Part shown: one piece after another, positions 27,450 to 38,339 of the stretch
Position numbering within the stretch: the stretch's first letter is position 1
Layout: each line of letters begins with the position of its first letter
From: Polyangiaceae bacterium
Lineage (GTDB): Bacteria > Myxococcota_A > Polyangia > Polyangiales > Polyangiaceae
Length of the DNA stretch: 64,000 bases
NCBI GenBank assembly: GCA_044376115.1
Contig: JBILLK010000017.1
Coordinates: forward strand, 128,001-192,000
Direction of reading: 5' to 3'
Made by a program: the position numbers and the translations under genes
Notes under the pieces: model-generated
Told to the model about the DNA's origin: nothing
Seen by the model: only the letters and a program-made list of their open reading frames with translations
Databases searched by the model: none

Positions 27450-28526
27450 TCATTCAGATTTTTTTCGTAAGGCCTCGATTTCCCGCTGTCGGAAGCCTTG
27501 CGGAAAACGGGCGAGGTAATCATCGGCGAGCCTACGAACAGCCGCCTTGTCCTGGCCATTCAAGGCGCGCAACACAGCTAAGTAGGCCCGGTCTTCCTCG
27601 CTCAAACCGCGTGCAGCGCGACTCGCACGCTCGCTCTCGACGGCTGACTCTTGCGCCTGGGTCGGGTTGCTCTCGAAGGCTGAAGCTTCGTGCTTCGTCG
27701 TAGCAACGGCTCGTGGAGACAGCGCCGCTAGCTTCGGAGCCGGGGATTGCACCGCAACGACCGGCGCCGGTGGTGAAAACGGCGCGCTGCTGATCGCCGA
27801 CGGAGCAGGTGCGGTTGCGAGCGAAGGTGCGACGGGCGCTGAGCTGACCTGAGCCGAGGACGCGCTGCTCGACGGAGCCGGCACAGGCGACGGGGTGAAG
27901 GTCATACCGGCGATCAAACGCAACTTGGGCTCATTGGTACGACGTAGCTCCACTTCGCCCTCGGTCACCGAAACTCGCACCGTGCGGCCGTTGCTCACCG
28001 AGACATGGAACTTGGTTCCGATATCCTCGATCTCACCGTCTGGGACTCGCACGAGCAGGTGCGGCTCACCATCGCGGTGGTTCACGTCAAAGTCGAACTC
28101 ACCGTCCACGAGCTCGACCACGTGTCTGCCGTCCGCAACCTTCTCACTGAAGCGAGCACCCGGGTTCGCCGAAACCGAAACGGCCTCGCTCGGACGCATG
28201 GTCAAGCGACCGACGAAGAAGAACAGCAGCGCAGCAGCAGCTGCACTGGCCAGCGCGATAGCCCAAGCACGCATCGGTCGCGCGGCCGGCGCGACGGTGC
28301 CCTTCGCACGCAAGAGCAGCTCGCGTCGCAACTTCTTCAGATGGAACGGATTGACCGCTTCCTCGCGCGAAAGTTCGGCTAGCCGCGCGCGCAGCTGCTT
28401 CTGACTCGCCGCTTCATTCGCGCAAAAGCCACATTGCGCAAGATGCTCACGCAGACCGCCATCCAGCGCGGACTCATGAGCCAGGCCGGATTCGACGTCC
28501 GACCAGCGTTCACAAAGGTCAGCCAT
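27450..28526 (-). CDS. Anti-sigma factor with zinc finger, TM and FecR-like domain
   Basis: HLAQCGFC, TM, IEDIGTKFHV..VSVTEGEV, YLARFPQG tail. Confidence 0.8.
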   Translation of the reverse strand: MADLCERWSDVESGLAHESALDGGLREHLAQCGFCANEAASQKQLRARLAELSREEAVNPFHLKKLRRELLLRAKGTVAPAARPMRAWAIALASAAAAALLFFFVGRLTMRPSEAVSVSANPGARFSEKVADGRHVVELVDGEFDFDVNHRDGEPHLLVRVPDGEIEDIGTKFHVSVSNGRTVRVSVTEGEVELRRTNEPKLRLIAGMTFTPSPVPAPSSSASSAQVSSAPVAPSLATAPAPSAISSAPFSPPAPVVAVQSPAPKLAALSPRAVATTKHEASAFESNPTQAQESAVESERASRAARGLSEEDRAYLAVLRALNGQDKAAVRRLADDYLARFPQGFRQREIEALRKKSE

Positions 28527-29070
28527 GGTCTCCTCCCAAGGTCGCACGAAGTTCTTTGCGCACGTGGTGCAAGCGCGACCCGACGGTTCCCTCCGGAACA
28601 CCGAGCGCCTCGCTCACTTCGCGCGTCGAAAAGCCGAGCACGTCGGCCATCACCACCAAGGCCCGCTTCTCTTCGGGTAGTCCATCGAGCGCGCGCGCCA
28701 CATCTCCGCTCGCCTCGGGCCGCACGATGCCCTCGCGTGGCTCCCGCCCGAAGTTTGAGATCGCCCTTCGAAAGCGAGCAAAGGAGCGTTTGCGCTCGCG
28801 GATGACCGCGTGACACACGCCGATCAGCCACGCGCGCGCCGTCGCACTGCGCGGTTCATACGAACGTGCGATCTGGAGCACCCGCATGAAGGTCTCTTGC
28901 ACCACGTCGTCCGCATCTTCATGCGGAGCAAGCCGGCGCGCGTAACGCATGACGTCCTGCGCGTAGCGATCAAAGAGCAACCCCAGTGACTCGGTTTCAC
29001 CTGCGGCGATGGCCCGCAGCACCACCGCGTCACTCGGCCCGCCTTCCTCTTTTCGCGAGAGGGCCCTCAT
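28519..29070 (-). CDS. ECF sigma-70 factor
   Basis: DVVQETF, AWL, GTVGSRL region 2/4 motifs. Confidence 0.9.
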   Translation of the reverse strand: MRALSRKEEGGPSDAVVLRAIAAGETESLGLLFDRYAQDVMRYARRLAPHEDADDVVQETFMRVLQIARSYEPRSATARAWLIGVCHAVIRERKRSFARFRRAISNFGREPREGIVRPEASGDVARALDGLPEEKRALVVMADVLGFSTREVSEALGVPEGTVGSRLHHVRKELRATLGGDHG

Positions 29071-30110
29071 GGTGCCCCCAGCAGGTTGTCGGTACGCAGC
29101 CCCACGCCGACGCCGAGCTCCACGCCAAACGGCGGGAGTGAGCGCGCTTCCAACGCTTTATTGCGGGCTAGTACGACCGGCGAAACCTCGAAACCGCTTT
29201 GCAAACAGAAGGACACCGTCGAGCTCGCCGGCAACCAAACCTTACCGAACGCCCGCAGCCGAAAGTCGCCGAGGCCGTCATCGTCGGAGTTGCGGCGGTC
29301 GTCGGGAGGAGGCTGGCTCGACCGAGGTGGATGATCGAGCGGAACGACCACTAAGCCCTCAGCGCCAAGCCCCACGTCCACGAGCGCCGTCGGTGGCAGC
29401 TCAATACGCCGCGCGAGCTCAAGCCCACCGCCAAGCGCGCCCTTCGCGAACTCCTCGGGCTCCGGGTCGAAGGCCGCATTGACCGGATCGAATCGACCGC
29501 GCAAACCAACCACCCACACGCGCTCGATCGCCGCCTCACCGCTCAGGACCAAGCCGACCCCCAACGTTGGATGGCCGAAGAAGAAACGCGAGGCGACCAT
29601 CGCGGTGCCCGCAACGGTCAACGAAGAATCGCTCACGGCGGGCTCACTCGACACGGGCGGCGCGGGCGCCGGCTCCTCGGCGCCAGCGGGCTTCGCTGGC
29701 TCCGCTTCGACCGGAGCAGGCGGCTTCGGCTCGGGCGCCGGCTCGCTCGCTGCAGGTGGTAAGGCGAGGAGCGCGAGCAGCGTCTCCTCGAGAGCGGCCG
29801 GATCGTCCACCACCCTTCTCGCGACTCTCCACGTTGAGCCCTGCTCCGGTAACCGCGCCACGATCTCGACAGCGTCCTCTTTTCCGGCAACCTCGACCAA
29901 AGCCGCAGGGTCGATCGTCGAGCTGGCCGTCAACGTCTTGCACGCTTGTGCGAGGGCGGACTCAAAGCGCGGACCAACGGGGCTCACGACTTTGACCTGA
30001 ACGCATGGTTCAGCCGACTGTGCGGAGGTTGACCACAGACCGGCCAGTAGAAACGGCGCCCACGAGCGGGACAACGCGCTCCTCAATTTGGCCGTTTTTA
30101 CTGTGGTCAC
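29067..30110 (-). CDS. Hypothetical exported protein (Pro-rich linker, beta-rich C-terminus)
   Basis: Probable GTG start at 30110, signal-like N-terminus, overlaps sigma factor start. Confidence 0.6.
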   Translation of the reverse strand: MTTVKTAKLRSALSRSWAPFLLAGLWSTSAQSAEPCVQVKVVSPVGPRFESALAQACKTLTASSTIDPAALVEVAGKEDAVEIVARLPEQGSTWRVARRVVDDPAALEETLLALLALPPAASEPAPEPKPPAPVEAEPAKPAGAEEPAPAPPVSSEPAVSDSSLTVAGTAMVASRFFFGHPTLGVGLVLSGEAAIERVWVVGLRGRFDPVNAAFDPEPEEFAKGALGGGLELARRIELPPTALVDVGLGAEGLVVVPLDHPPRSSQPPPDDRRNSDDDGLGDFRLRAFGKVWLPASSTVSFCLQSGFEVSPVVLARNKALEARSLPPFGVELGVGVGLRTDNLLGAP

Positions 30111-30162
30111 CAGCTGCACACCCTTTCTTGGCCGGCCGGCTAACTTTCCTTCGAAAGTTCGT

Positions 30163-31008
30163 TCAGGCAACCGGTGGTGGCGGCACCGACTCGTTACCGA
30201 GCTTTTTGTCGGCGAAAAACGCCTCGGCAAAGCGCTTGGCGATGCTGACGTCAATGGCACCACCTGCCCGGCCGTCCCCGCGCAGCGCTGAGCCAACGAT
30301 GACCCCGTGAGAGCGACGCAACGAAGGCAGGGCGCTTTCCGTCGCGCCGCTAGCGACGATCACTGGCGCGTGAACCGCTCGTACGACCTCGTCAAGATCA
30401 CGCAGATTCACGCCGCGCCCGGTGCCGCTTCCCGTCACCAGCACGGCATCGGCTCCTGCGCGATGGACCAAATCATGAGCTTCTTCGGCCAACGGCCGCG
30501 CAGCGATGGGCGCAGAGTGCTTCACGTCCACATCACAAAAGAGCTTCACGTGCTCAGCCCCGAAAGCTTTACGAAGACGCAGCGTTTCATGGGCCTTCCC
30601 TTCAACGATGCCCTGGTCCGTCAACCGCGCCCCGATATGGACGTTGATGCGGATGAAAGAAGCCCCCACCGCGACGGCCACCGCGAGCGCGGCCTCAGCG
30701 TCGTTGCGCAAGACGTTGATCCCGAGCGCCAAGGTAGGTGCAGCGACGCGAGCGGCGAGACAGCAGCGCGTCATCGCCGCCACCGTCACCGGCGAGACTT
30801 TGCCCGGCGTGAACGGAACATCACCGTAGTTCTCGACGATCACCGCTTCAAAGCCGGCGTCGGCCAGCGCGTTTGCGTCGCGCGCACAAGCCGAAGCAAT
30901 CGCCGACAGATCGCCCGCGTAGTTCGGACTGCCGGGTAGCGCTCGCAAATGAATGACGCCGTAAAGCGCAGGGAGACTGCTCGGAGAGGCCGGCGCGCGA
31001 GAACTCAT
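30163..31008 (-). CDS. BtpA/SgcQ family protein
   Basis: GVIHLRALPGSP, IVENYGDVPF, GINVLRND, DVDVKHS, VTGSGTG. Confidence 0.88.
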   Translation of the reverse strand: MSSRAPASPSSLPALYGVIHLRALPGSPNYAGDLSAIASACARDANALADAGFEAVIVENYGDVPFTPGKVSPVTVAAMTRCCLAARVAAPTLALGINVLRNDAEAALAVAVAVGASFIRINVHIGARLTDQGIVEGKAHETLRLRKAFGAEHVKLFCDVDVKHSAPIAARPLAEEAHDLVHRAGADAVLVTGSGTGRGVNLRDLDEVVRAVHAPVIVASGATESALPSLRRSHGVIVGSALRGDGRAGGAIDVSIAKRFAEAFFADKKLGNESVPPPPVA

Positions 31009-31015
31009 TGCAACC

Positions 31016-32152
31016 TCAGGTCGCGACCGGCGAGAGCGCCTCGTTCGACTTCTGCTTCGACTTCTTCTTCTTCACCAAGCCATCGGGCTCCATCAGCGAC
31101 GGACCGCCTTCTGCGCCGTAGTCGGCGAAGATTGCGTCGGCGACCTCGAGCAGTTCCTCAGCCTTCTTGGCGTCGAACCGGCCGAAGCGCGTGAGCGTAG
31201 CCACGGTCCCACTCACGCGCAGCCAAACGTCCGGCAAGCCCAAGAGCTCGTCACGTACCGACTGCACCAAGAACTCACGCACCCGCGTCTGGTTCTCACC
31301 CGGAGCAACTTCCACCAAGTACTCAGCGCTAAACTCGCGATCTTCTCGAAAGAGTAGGCCCGTATTGGCCATGCGACGGCCGTCATCCAAGGGCAGCGGT
31401 CGTGCGACGAAGCTCGCCTCTTTCTGCTCGAAGCGCAGGACGACGGTGGTGTAGTCCGAGATGTCGGTGACATCGGCTTCAACGAAGGCCACGTACGCGA
31501 GATCCTTCTTGAGCAGGAAGGACTTGTAGAACTTGCCACCTCCGACCTCAGGCAGCACCCGCTGACCCCACGCCGGAATCGGCGCTTCCGCAAGCGAGAC
31601 CGTGGGCTTGGTGGCGGGACGATCACGATAGCCGCTGGCTGCCGCATTCTTCGCGTGTCGCCCGGGAAAGCCGGCAAATGCTTTGACCTCGTTGCGACCG
31701 CGCTGGTCACTCTCCCAGGTTAGGTACAGACACGCGGCGACGCCAACCAAGGTGACCGGCACCAAAGCCTCCGGACCCGCGTGAAAGACCGCAAAGTATG
31801 AGGCCGCAATGAAGGGCAAAAGCCCAACCACGAGCAGCGCGCGCCGAAAGCGAATTCCGGCCAAGCTCACGAGCCCAGCGGCGAGCAGACTCCCGCCGAT
31901 CGCGATACCGGCCCAACCCGACGACAGTTCAACGCCGGAGCGAAAGTCTAGCTGCTCCTGCTTCACGACGAGCTCATCACGAGCTGCCTTGTCGCGAACC
32001 GTCGCCAACTCCGCCTTGGCCTTCTCAAACGCAGCCTCATCCTCGAGCCCAACGGAGCGAGCGATCCCTCCGGCTACCGCGAGAGCAAGACCTGACGCGA
32101 GAATGATGCCGCGATTCGGCTCAGGGTCCGGGAACGACGAAAGTGAAGCCAC
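31016..32152 (-). CDS. Hypothetical membrane protein
   Basis: Several N-terminal TM segments, soluble C-terminal domain. Confidence 0.65.
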   Translation of the reverse strand: MASLSSFPDPEPNRGIILASGLALAVAGGIARSVGLEDEAAFEKAKAELATVRDKAARDELVVKQEQLDFRSGVELSSGWAGIAIGGSLLAAGLVSLAGIRFRRALLVVGLLPFIAASYFAVFHAGPEALVPVTLVGVAACLYLTWESDQRGRNEVKAFAGFPGRHAKNAAASGYRDRPATKPTVSLAEAPIPAWGQRVLPEVGGGKFYKSFLLKKDLAYVAFVEADVTDISDYTTVVLRFEQKEASFVARPLPLDDGRRMANTGLLFREDREFSAEYLVEVAPGENQTRVREFLVQSVRDELLGLPDVWLRVSGTVATLTRFGRFDAKKAEELLEVADAIFADYGAEGGPSLMEPDGLVKKKKSKQKSNEALSPVAT

Positions 32153-32310
32153 GCTTAAGACCTCCTAGAACCGGAGGTGTAGCTGTGGGGGCTTGGGAAG
32201 CCCAGCGTTTTCGAGGCGCAGACGCCTAAGCTCGGTCGAGAACGTGGCCCGCCCCAGGCGCGTTTGTGACAATGCGATCTCGGGCGGCGTTCACCCGAGC
32301 GAGGTAAGCC

Positions 32311-32991
32311 ATGGGTCAGAGCAGAAATTGGTTCGCAAGCGATGGAGCGGCGGCGCGAGGCCCCTTCGGTGTTCACGATATTTTGGCGCTCGTCGCTGCT
32401 GAACAACTGCCTGAAGACACCTGGGTTTGGCAGCCTGCTTGGCAAGAGGCGCGTCCGCTCGCCACGGTGCGGGAGTTTCACTTGCAACAAGCCAGCAGCG
32501 AGAGCGATGACGTGTCGCCTGAGCAGGAGTGGTGCGATTGGCTCGATCAGGCCAGTGATACGAACGAGCTCGTGGCCATGACCCTGCAGGGCCTCGTGTT
32601 AGCGACCAACGCTTCAGTGGGATTGGCGTATCGGCGTCATCGCACGGGAGACTTCGTGGCGACCGCGGCCGTTGGCACGCGCGGGTCGGCACTGCTCGGA
32701 TCGTCAGCCAGCGCCAAGGACCCTGCGCTCAATCGAGCCAAGCTCGGACCGCTGGTTCTGCCGCACGCGAACGCCTCGCGTGCCGGAACCGCCTGCCTCA
32801 ACCGACTGGGCGAACTCGACGGCTCGAGCATCGCTCTGGCGCCTCTTTTCGTCGGCTCGAAGTTGCTTGCCGTCTTGGAGCTCGGACGGAGCGACCATCC
32901 TTTCCGCAACGGTGATTCGAGCTATCTGCGTGGTACCGCACGCACCGCCAGCGACCGCGCTGGCCGGCTTGCATTGAGCGCCGCCCACTAG
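32311..32991 (+). CDS. GYF_2 + GAF-like domain protein
   Basis: WF..GPF..TWVW (GYF_2); APLFVGSKLLAVLELGR..F (GAF). Confidence 0.65.
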   Translation: MGQSRNWFASDGAAARGPFGVHDILALVAAEQLPEDTWVWQPAWQEARPLATVREFHLQQASSESDDVSPEQEWCDWLDQASDTNELVAMTLQGLVLATNASVGLAYRRHRTGDFVATAAVGTRGSALLGSSASAKDPALNRAKLGPLVLPHANASRAGTACLNRLGELDGSSIALAPLFVGSKLLAVLELGRSDHPFRNGDSSYLRGTARTASDRAGRLALSAAH

Positions 32992-33006
32992 TCCGCAGCA
33001 GGCCGT

Positions 33007-34089
33007 TCAGCGATCGCGCGCGACCAAGCGCCGAACGAGCTCGAGCAAACTGAAGGCCTGCGGATCCGCCTCGGCATCGACATCCCCGAGCATCGCCGAG
33101 GCCATTTCCAGCCCGGGCTGAACGGCCTCTCGGACGCGCAGAAGCAACGGGCCGAGCGCTGGAAACATTTGCGTCGCTTCGCTGAGCGGCAGCCCACGCG
33201 GCAACTCGAGCGTGCTTCGAGTCTTCGACAAGGCCGTGCGCGCGACAGAGAGCGCCGCCCGGGATACGTCCAAGCCGAGCGGGATGGCCAGCGCCACCGG
33301 CACCGGCGAAAGAATCACATCGCGAATCGCCGCTGCCTTGGCCCAAGCTCCCGGCGTCGCGTCCACCTGGAGATCACGGAACGTCGACTTCTCCGAGAAC
33401 AGGCCCAACGCAACTCGGCCGAGCCGACGTTCCACCGCGCGCCGCAAATGCCGGTAGTCGCGCCGCCAATCCCCCGAGAGAACGCCCATCTCGCGACGCA
33501 CTTCATCCGGACCGAGCACCGTGTCGATGCGACCATCGGCGTTGCGGCGGATCGCTAGCGAGGTCCACAGCTCGCCGCCTTCGAATAGCCCGAACACCAT
33601 CACCTCGCGACGAGGACACACAGCATCAAACGTACTATCCAGCATCGCCGCTGTCGGGATCGGCAACCCCGCTAACCGCGTCGGAAAGTAGGCAATCCCC
33701 CCGCGCTCGAGCTCATCGCGAATGGCGGCTACGAAGAGCAGCATCTGCGCCAGGAAGTCGTCCGATCGCCGCAAGCGCAGCGCAAAATTCGACATCACTC
33801 GCTCGAGCGCGCCGGCGCGAATGACGATACCGAAGCTCGCATGGTGACGACTCGCGAGCTGCTCCGGAGTTAGTGGCCAATCCGCACCGGCCTCTTCGAG
33901 CCGCAACCGACCAACTTGCGAGTGAAGCAGCTTCTGCAACCTGCCATTGCGCTCAACCGCGATCACCGCCCCCTGCGGTCGCGTCGGATCACGTTCACCA
34001 CCGTCGGTCTTCCTTGGGGTGAAGAGCGACAAGAAGCGAACCCAGTCAACCTGAGTGAACCCCTCGAACCGGACATCCGCGGAAAACAC
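33007..34089 (-). CDS. Conserved hypothetical protein
   Basis: 360-aa ORF filling the gap between neighbours, natural composition. Confidence 0.65.
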   Translation of the reverse strand: MFSADVRFEGFTQVDWVRFLSLFTPRKTDGGERDPTRPQGAVIAVERNGRLQKLLHSQVGRLRLEEAGADWPLTPEQLASRHHASFGIVIRAGALERVMSNFALRLRRSDDFLAQMLLFVAAIRDELERGGIAYFPTRLAGLPIPTAAMLDSTFDAVCPRREVMVFGLFEGGELWTSLAIRRNADGRIDTVLGPDEVRREMGVLSGDWRRDYRHLRRAVERRLGRVALGLFSEKSTFRDLQVDATPGAWAKAAAIRDVILSPVPVALAIPLGLDVSRAALSVARTALSKTRSTLELPRGLPLSEATQMFPALGPLLLRVREAVQPGLEMASAMLGDVDAEADPQAFSLLELVRRLVARDR

Positions 34090-34220
34090 CGAGCGACTCT
34101 ACAGGGGTCGGTGGCCGGTTCGCCACGCCAAGTTCCATCGAAGGTGCATGCCGATGAACCTGTGACGCTGGCACGAGTCATTGTTGTTGCTGCGGTCAGC
34201 CTCGATTGACAGGATGCCGC

Positions 34221-35198
34221 ATGCGCGCCGTCGTGATTCGAGAACCTGGGGATGAATCGGTTCTAGCCATCAGCGAGCGACCACAGCCTGAGCTCCCGCC
34301 CTATCACGTAAAGGTGCGCGTGCGTTTTGCGGGCGTTAATCGCGCAGACTTGTTGCAGCGAATGGGAGTTTATCCGGCGCCGCCCGGCGTCTCCTCAGAG
34401 ATACCAGGACTCGAGTACGCCGGCATCGTCGCGGAGGTCGGCAGCGGCGTCTCTTCGCTCACGCCTGGCCAGCGCGTGTTCGGCCTCGTCGCGGGAGGCG
34501 CGTACGCCGAGTTCATCGTGGTACACGAGCGCGAAGCCGTGCCCCTTCCCGAGGGCTTGTCGGAGGAGCAGGCCGCGGCCATCCCTGAGGCGTTTGTAAC
34601 GGCCTATGACGCATTGGTGGTGCGTGCCGGCCTGCGACCGGGGGAGCGCGTGCTGATCCACGCGGTCGGCAGCGGCGTCGGAACCGCTGGCCTACAAATC
34701 GCAAAGGCTCTCGGTTGTCACGTAACAGGGACCAGCCGGACCCAGGACAAGCTGACGCGCGCAGACGAACTGGGGCTCGATCAGGGGCTATTGGTGGAGA
34801 CGCCGCAAGCCTTGCCCAGCGCGCTGAAGGCGCATCCTCCCTTCGATGTAACGTTGGACCTCGTCGGTGGTGCGTATGTCGGCAGCAGCCTACCGGCCAT
34901 GAACTTACGTGGCCGAATCGTGGTGGTTGGGCTCACCGGCGGTACCCAAAGCACCATCGATCTCGGCAAGCTGCTCGCCCGTCGGCTCAACATCGTTGGC
35001 ACCGTGCTGCGCTCTCGGCCAATCGAGGAGAAGATTGAGGCTGCGGAGCTATTGCGCAGAACGTTATCCCCTTGGCTCTCACGTCAGATGATCAAGCCCG
35101 TCATCGAGCGCACCTTCCCGCTTGCGGAGGCGGCCGCCGCCCATCGGCTACTGGGCAGTAACAACACGTTCGGCAAACTCTTACTCTCAATCGACTGA
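34221..35198 (+). CDS. NAD(P)H-quinone oxidoreductase (PIG3/zeta-crystallin type)
   Basis: GVNRADLLQR, PGLEYAG, HAVGSGVG, LRSR, FGKLLL. Confidence 0.9.
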   Translation: MRAVVIREPGDESVLAISERPQPELPPYHVKVRVRFAGVNRADLLQRMGVYPAPPGVSSEIPGLEYAGIVAEVGSGVSSLTPGQRVFGLVAGGAYAEFIVVHEREAVPLPEGLSEEQAAAIPEAFVTAYDALVVRAGLRPGERVLIHAVGSGVGTAGLQIAKALGCHVTGTSRTQDKLTRADELGLDQGLLVETPQALPSALKAHPPFDVTLDLVGGAYVGSSLPAMNLRGRIVVVGLTGGTQSTIDLGKLLARRLNIVGTVLRSRPIEEKIEAAELLRRTLSPWLSRQMIKPVIERTFPLAEAAAAHRLLGSNNTFGKLLLSID

Positions 35199-35205
35199 GC
35201 TCCTT

Positions 35206-36414
35206 ATGCGGTATTGCCAAACGCCAATCCTATTCGCCACGCTCATCTTGGCGGGCTGTCCAACAGCGGCACTTACAGTGCCACAAGCACCCCTTCAGGA
35301 CTTGGCGGTCGTCGCCGAGGGGCCCTGTCAAAAGCTAGCGCCAGCCCGTATGGGCGAACGCACCGTCATCATCTTTGGAGAGACAGGCTACGAGCTCTCC
35401 GATTGGCAGGCCGGTGAGCCGTGGGCCGCAGCCCAAGGTTTGGTCGAGCTTCGCGAAGGGGACTTCGGCTTTGGGTCAAAGCTGCTATTGGGCCTCCCTC
35501 GCGACGACCGCGGCTATGTCCCGTTTGACCTGCGGATTGGCGAGGATAGCAAGCACACGCCCTGGCTGCGCCTAACCGACACCAGCTACGCCCAGCGAGG
35601 CACAGGCGCCCTCTTGAAGCGCACCTATACCGACTATTCCTGGAACAACGGCTGGGAGCAACGTGATGAGGCCATTGATCTTGGTGGCAGCGCGACGCTC
35701 AAGCAGCTATCGCCCAAAGAGCCTTGCGAGGATTCGAAGCTCGCGTTCCTCCCGCTCGATCACGCCATCGGTAGCGACGGCTCGGTTTTCGTCGCAGGCC
35801 GCTGCCAAGACGACAAGATCGTCGCTTACGAAGACACCACGCTCGTCGTCGCCATTGCGAAGCCCGGCCAAAGCCAGTTCGCTTACGCCCGTTTACCCCG
35901 CAGCTCACGGCTCTCCGGGATGGTCAATCTGGATCTGGAGGTGCGCGACGCGAACCGAGCCTGGCTCGTCGCTTATGAGCCCTTCGAGTCGCCGGAGAAC
36001 CGCCATAGCTACTTCGTCGAGTGGGATGGCCAGCGCTTTACCGAAGTCGACTTGCAGCTGGATCGCGGGCTGATGAGCATTGCCCACCTGGGGGACAATA
36101 GGCTGGTGATCGCTGCCAGTGACAAGCTCGTTGAAGTCGCACCCAATCATCACGTCAAACAGCTCGTGCTCCCGCCCCCTTTGCTGGCGAAGAGCGCTAC
36201 GACGGTCCACCTGCATACGGCCAGCTCGACCGGCAACGGTGAGCTATGGGTCCAGGGTAGCTATCGTGTCAACGCGCCCCAAGGTCCCAAAGGGCAGATC
36301 GCCCCGCGCGACGCCGCTGTCCTTTACTCGAACATAAAGACCAAAGGGCTCTTGTACTGTGATGCCCAGGAGCCTGCCCAATCTGCTGTTGCCGTGTGGG
36401 AGAGCCGACCATGA
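35206..36414 (+). CDS. Hypothetical lipoprotein, beta-propeller-like
   Basis: Lipobox LAGC; beta-rich sequence. Confidence 0.65.
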   Translation: MRYCQTPILFATLILAGCPTAALTVPQAPLQDLAVVAEGPCQKLAPARMGERTVIIFGETGYELSDWQAGEPWAAAQGLVELREGDFGFGSKLLLGLPRDDRGYVPFDLRIGEDSKHTPWLRLTDTSYAQRGTGALLKRTYTDYSWNNGWEQRDEAIDLGGSATLKQLSPKEPCEDSKLAFLPLDHAIGSDGSVFVAGRCQDDKIVAYEDTTLVVAIAKPGQSQFAYARLPRSSRLSGMVNLDLEVRDANRAWLVAYEPFESPENRHSYFVEWDGQRFTEVDLQLDRGLMSIAHLGDNRLVIAASDKLVEVAPNHHVKQLVLPPPLLAKSATTVHLHTASSTGNGELWVQGSYRVNAPQGPKGQIAPRDAAVLYSNIKTKGLLYCDAQEPAQSAVAVWESRP

Positions 36415-38312
36415 ATTGGTCCCGTCCTTGTGTCAGCGCTGCATTATTAGCCACTCTACAGCTGGGCATGCCAAGCCTCGCGGAGGCGCACCCGTTCTTC
36501 GAGCGCTACTTAGTATGCAATCTGGACGACGAGGAGGTGACGCCAGAATCGGCCCCCGCCGTCGCCGACACGGGAGAGTTCGCTCCGCTGCCGCGACGGA
36601 GGTACGTCCCTGAGTTCGAGCCCACCCCGATCGTTATCGCAGATCTGCTGCAACCCAATCCGATTGGAACGGGCTCGCAGGGCCCGTCCATCGCCACGAC
36701 TACCTTCCAGTCCCAGGCCGGCAGCCTCGACTATCGCTGTATTGGCCTCCCGCGGGGGAAGGCAGGGATGCTGCGGGTGGTGGGCGGCCCAATGTTGAAG
36801 CGGTACCGCGGAGAGCCTCAGGTGTTCACCACCATCATTCGGCACGCGGCGGCAGCCGGTGTTTTCAACGTTCGAGAAACCCTGCCTGCCATACGCGCCA
36901 AGTTCGAGCGACCCATCCCCGATTCACTGGAGCCTTGGATGGAGGGCGAGCGTTTGCACCTCAAGGTAGCGCTCTCCAAGGTGTTGGCCGACTTTGGGGA
37001 TCGCTCGAGCGCACGCGCGATTCGCGACTTCCTGATTGAGCGGGAGGGCCAGAATTACCCCGGCTACTGGGAAGACACGCTCGAGTCGCTCGCTCGGCTC
37101 GATCCAGAGCTCGCAACCGAGTACGCCAAAGAAGCGCTGGAGCGCATCGCCAAAACCCAGGCCCCAGGCGTCGCAGAAGAGAATCGGCTGCGCAAGCTGC
37201 TACCTCTGCTGAACAAGCCCGACGCCGCAGCGCTCTCGGTGCTGACGCGCTTGCACCATCGCAAAGACCCGAAGGAAGAGGGCCACAGCCATGAAGACTG
37301 CTTGCTGATGCAGGCGCGGATTCGTTCGGGGGATACCACTCTTGCGCAAGCGATTGCGCCGGACCTGGCCGGCAATCTGCTGACCCAAAGGGGCGCCAAC
37401 TGCTACAACGAACTGATTGAGGTCATCTTCCCAGGCTCCTCCAGCGCCGAGGTCGATACCCTCTTATACCGCGTTCGCTATGAGAGCCTGTTGCGCTTGG
37501 TCATCCGCATGCGCCAGGAAGACAGCGCGGAGGCCCGCAAGGCCAAACAGAAGATCTTGGCCTGGCTCACCGAGCGCTTGCAACTACCGGAGATCGGCGG
37601 CGGCGCAGGAGATCGCCGCTACAACCTGGAGGCCCGCGCCATTCACCTGGCGCTGATGGTCGCGCTAGGCGCCAAGAACCAGGAGAAGGTGCTCTTCGAT
37701 CTGATCCGTGACCCAGCGGATGAATCGACGGGCCCTTGGCTCGCCGTGATCGCCGCCCTTGATCTCGGGCTCGCTGGCGCAGAGGACGCCGCCGTCGAAC
37801 GACTGCGCCTCGCACATACCCACGACACCCAACGCTTCAGTCGGGATTCCTGGCCGGAGCGCGGAGACATCACCGCTACCGAACACGGCCAGGTGGTCGA
37901 CCGCTTGGTCGAAAGAAACCATGAGGGCTTCGTACTCGGTCTTTTGGACCGCCAGATCAACACCCGGCACCTCACCGCGTATCACCTCGCCCGAAAGCTG
38001 CCGGCCTCGGCTTGCAAGACCGTCGTCGCGGCCGCACAGGGCGCTTCAGACGACGCCATTCGCGACGCATTTTGGGTGCTCACCGTGCTCGGCGACGAAT
38101 GTCGAGACGAGTTTGAAACGGCGTCACTGAGCCGGCAAACCACCGAGGATGCTCGCAGCATGGCCATTGAGGCCCGGGCGATGTTGCGCACTCCCAAGGA
38201 CAAAGACCAGAGCACGCCCTTCGGCAAGCTAATGCTCACTCCTCCCGCCAAATACGGGACCCCCAGAGCCGCCTGGGAGCGGGCTCGGGACACGCTCCGC
38301 TCGCGTGATTGA
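36411..38312 (+). CDS. Hypothetical exported alpha-helical (HEAT-like) protein
   Basis: Signal peptide ending AEA; ATGA overlap with upstream gene; helical repeats. Confidence 0.65.
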   Translation: MNWSRPCVSAALLATLQLGMPSLAEAHPFFERYLVCNLDDEEVTPESAPAVADTGEFAPLPRRRYVPEFEPTPIVIADLLQPNPIGTGSQGPSIATTTFQSQAGSLDYRCIGLPRGKAGMLRVVGGPMLKRYRGEPQVFTTIIRHAAAAGVFNVRETLPAIRAKFERPIPDSLEPWMEGERLHLKVALSKVLADFGDRSSARAIRDFLIEREGQNYPGYWEDTLESLARLDPELATEYAKEALERIAKTQAPGVAEENRLRKLLPLLNKPDAAALSVLTRLHHRKDPKEEGHSHEDCLLMQARIRSGDTTLAQAIAPDLAGNLLTQRGANCYNELIEVIFPGSSSAEVDTLLYRVRYESLLRLVIRMRQEDSAEARKAKQKILAWLTERLQLPEIGGGAGDRRYNLEARAIHLALMVALGAKNQEKVLFDLIRDPADESTGPWLAVIAALDLGLAGAEDAAVERLRLAHTHDTQRFSRDSWPERGDITATEHGQVVDRLVERNHEGFVLGLLDRQINTRHLTAYHLARKLPASACKTVVAAAQGASDDAIRDAFWVLTVLGDECRDEFETASLSRQTTEDARSMAIEARAMLRTPKDKDQSTPFGKLMLTPPAKYGTPRAAWERARDTLRSRD

Positions 38313-38339
38313 TTGTCGCTCTGGTAGGCTGGCGGCCAC

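Noticed and set aside
34168..34185. TGGCACG sigma54-like -24 element upstream of the quinone oxidoreductase
   Set aside because: No GC at the required 10-nt spacing.
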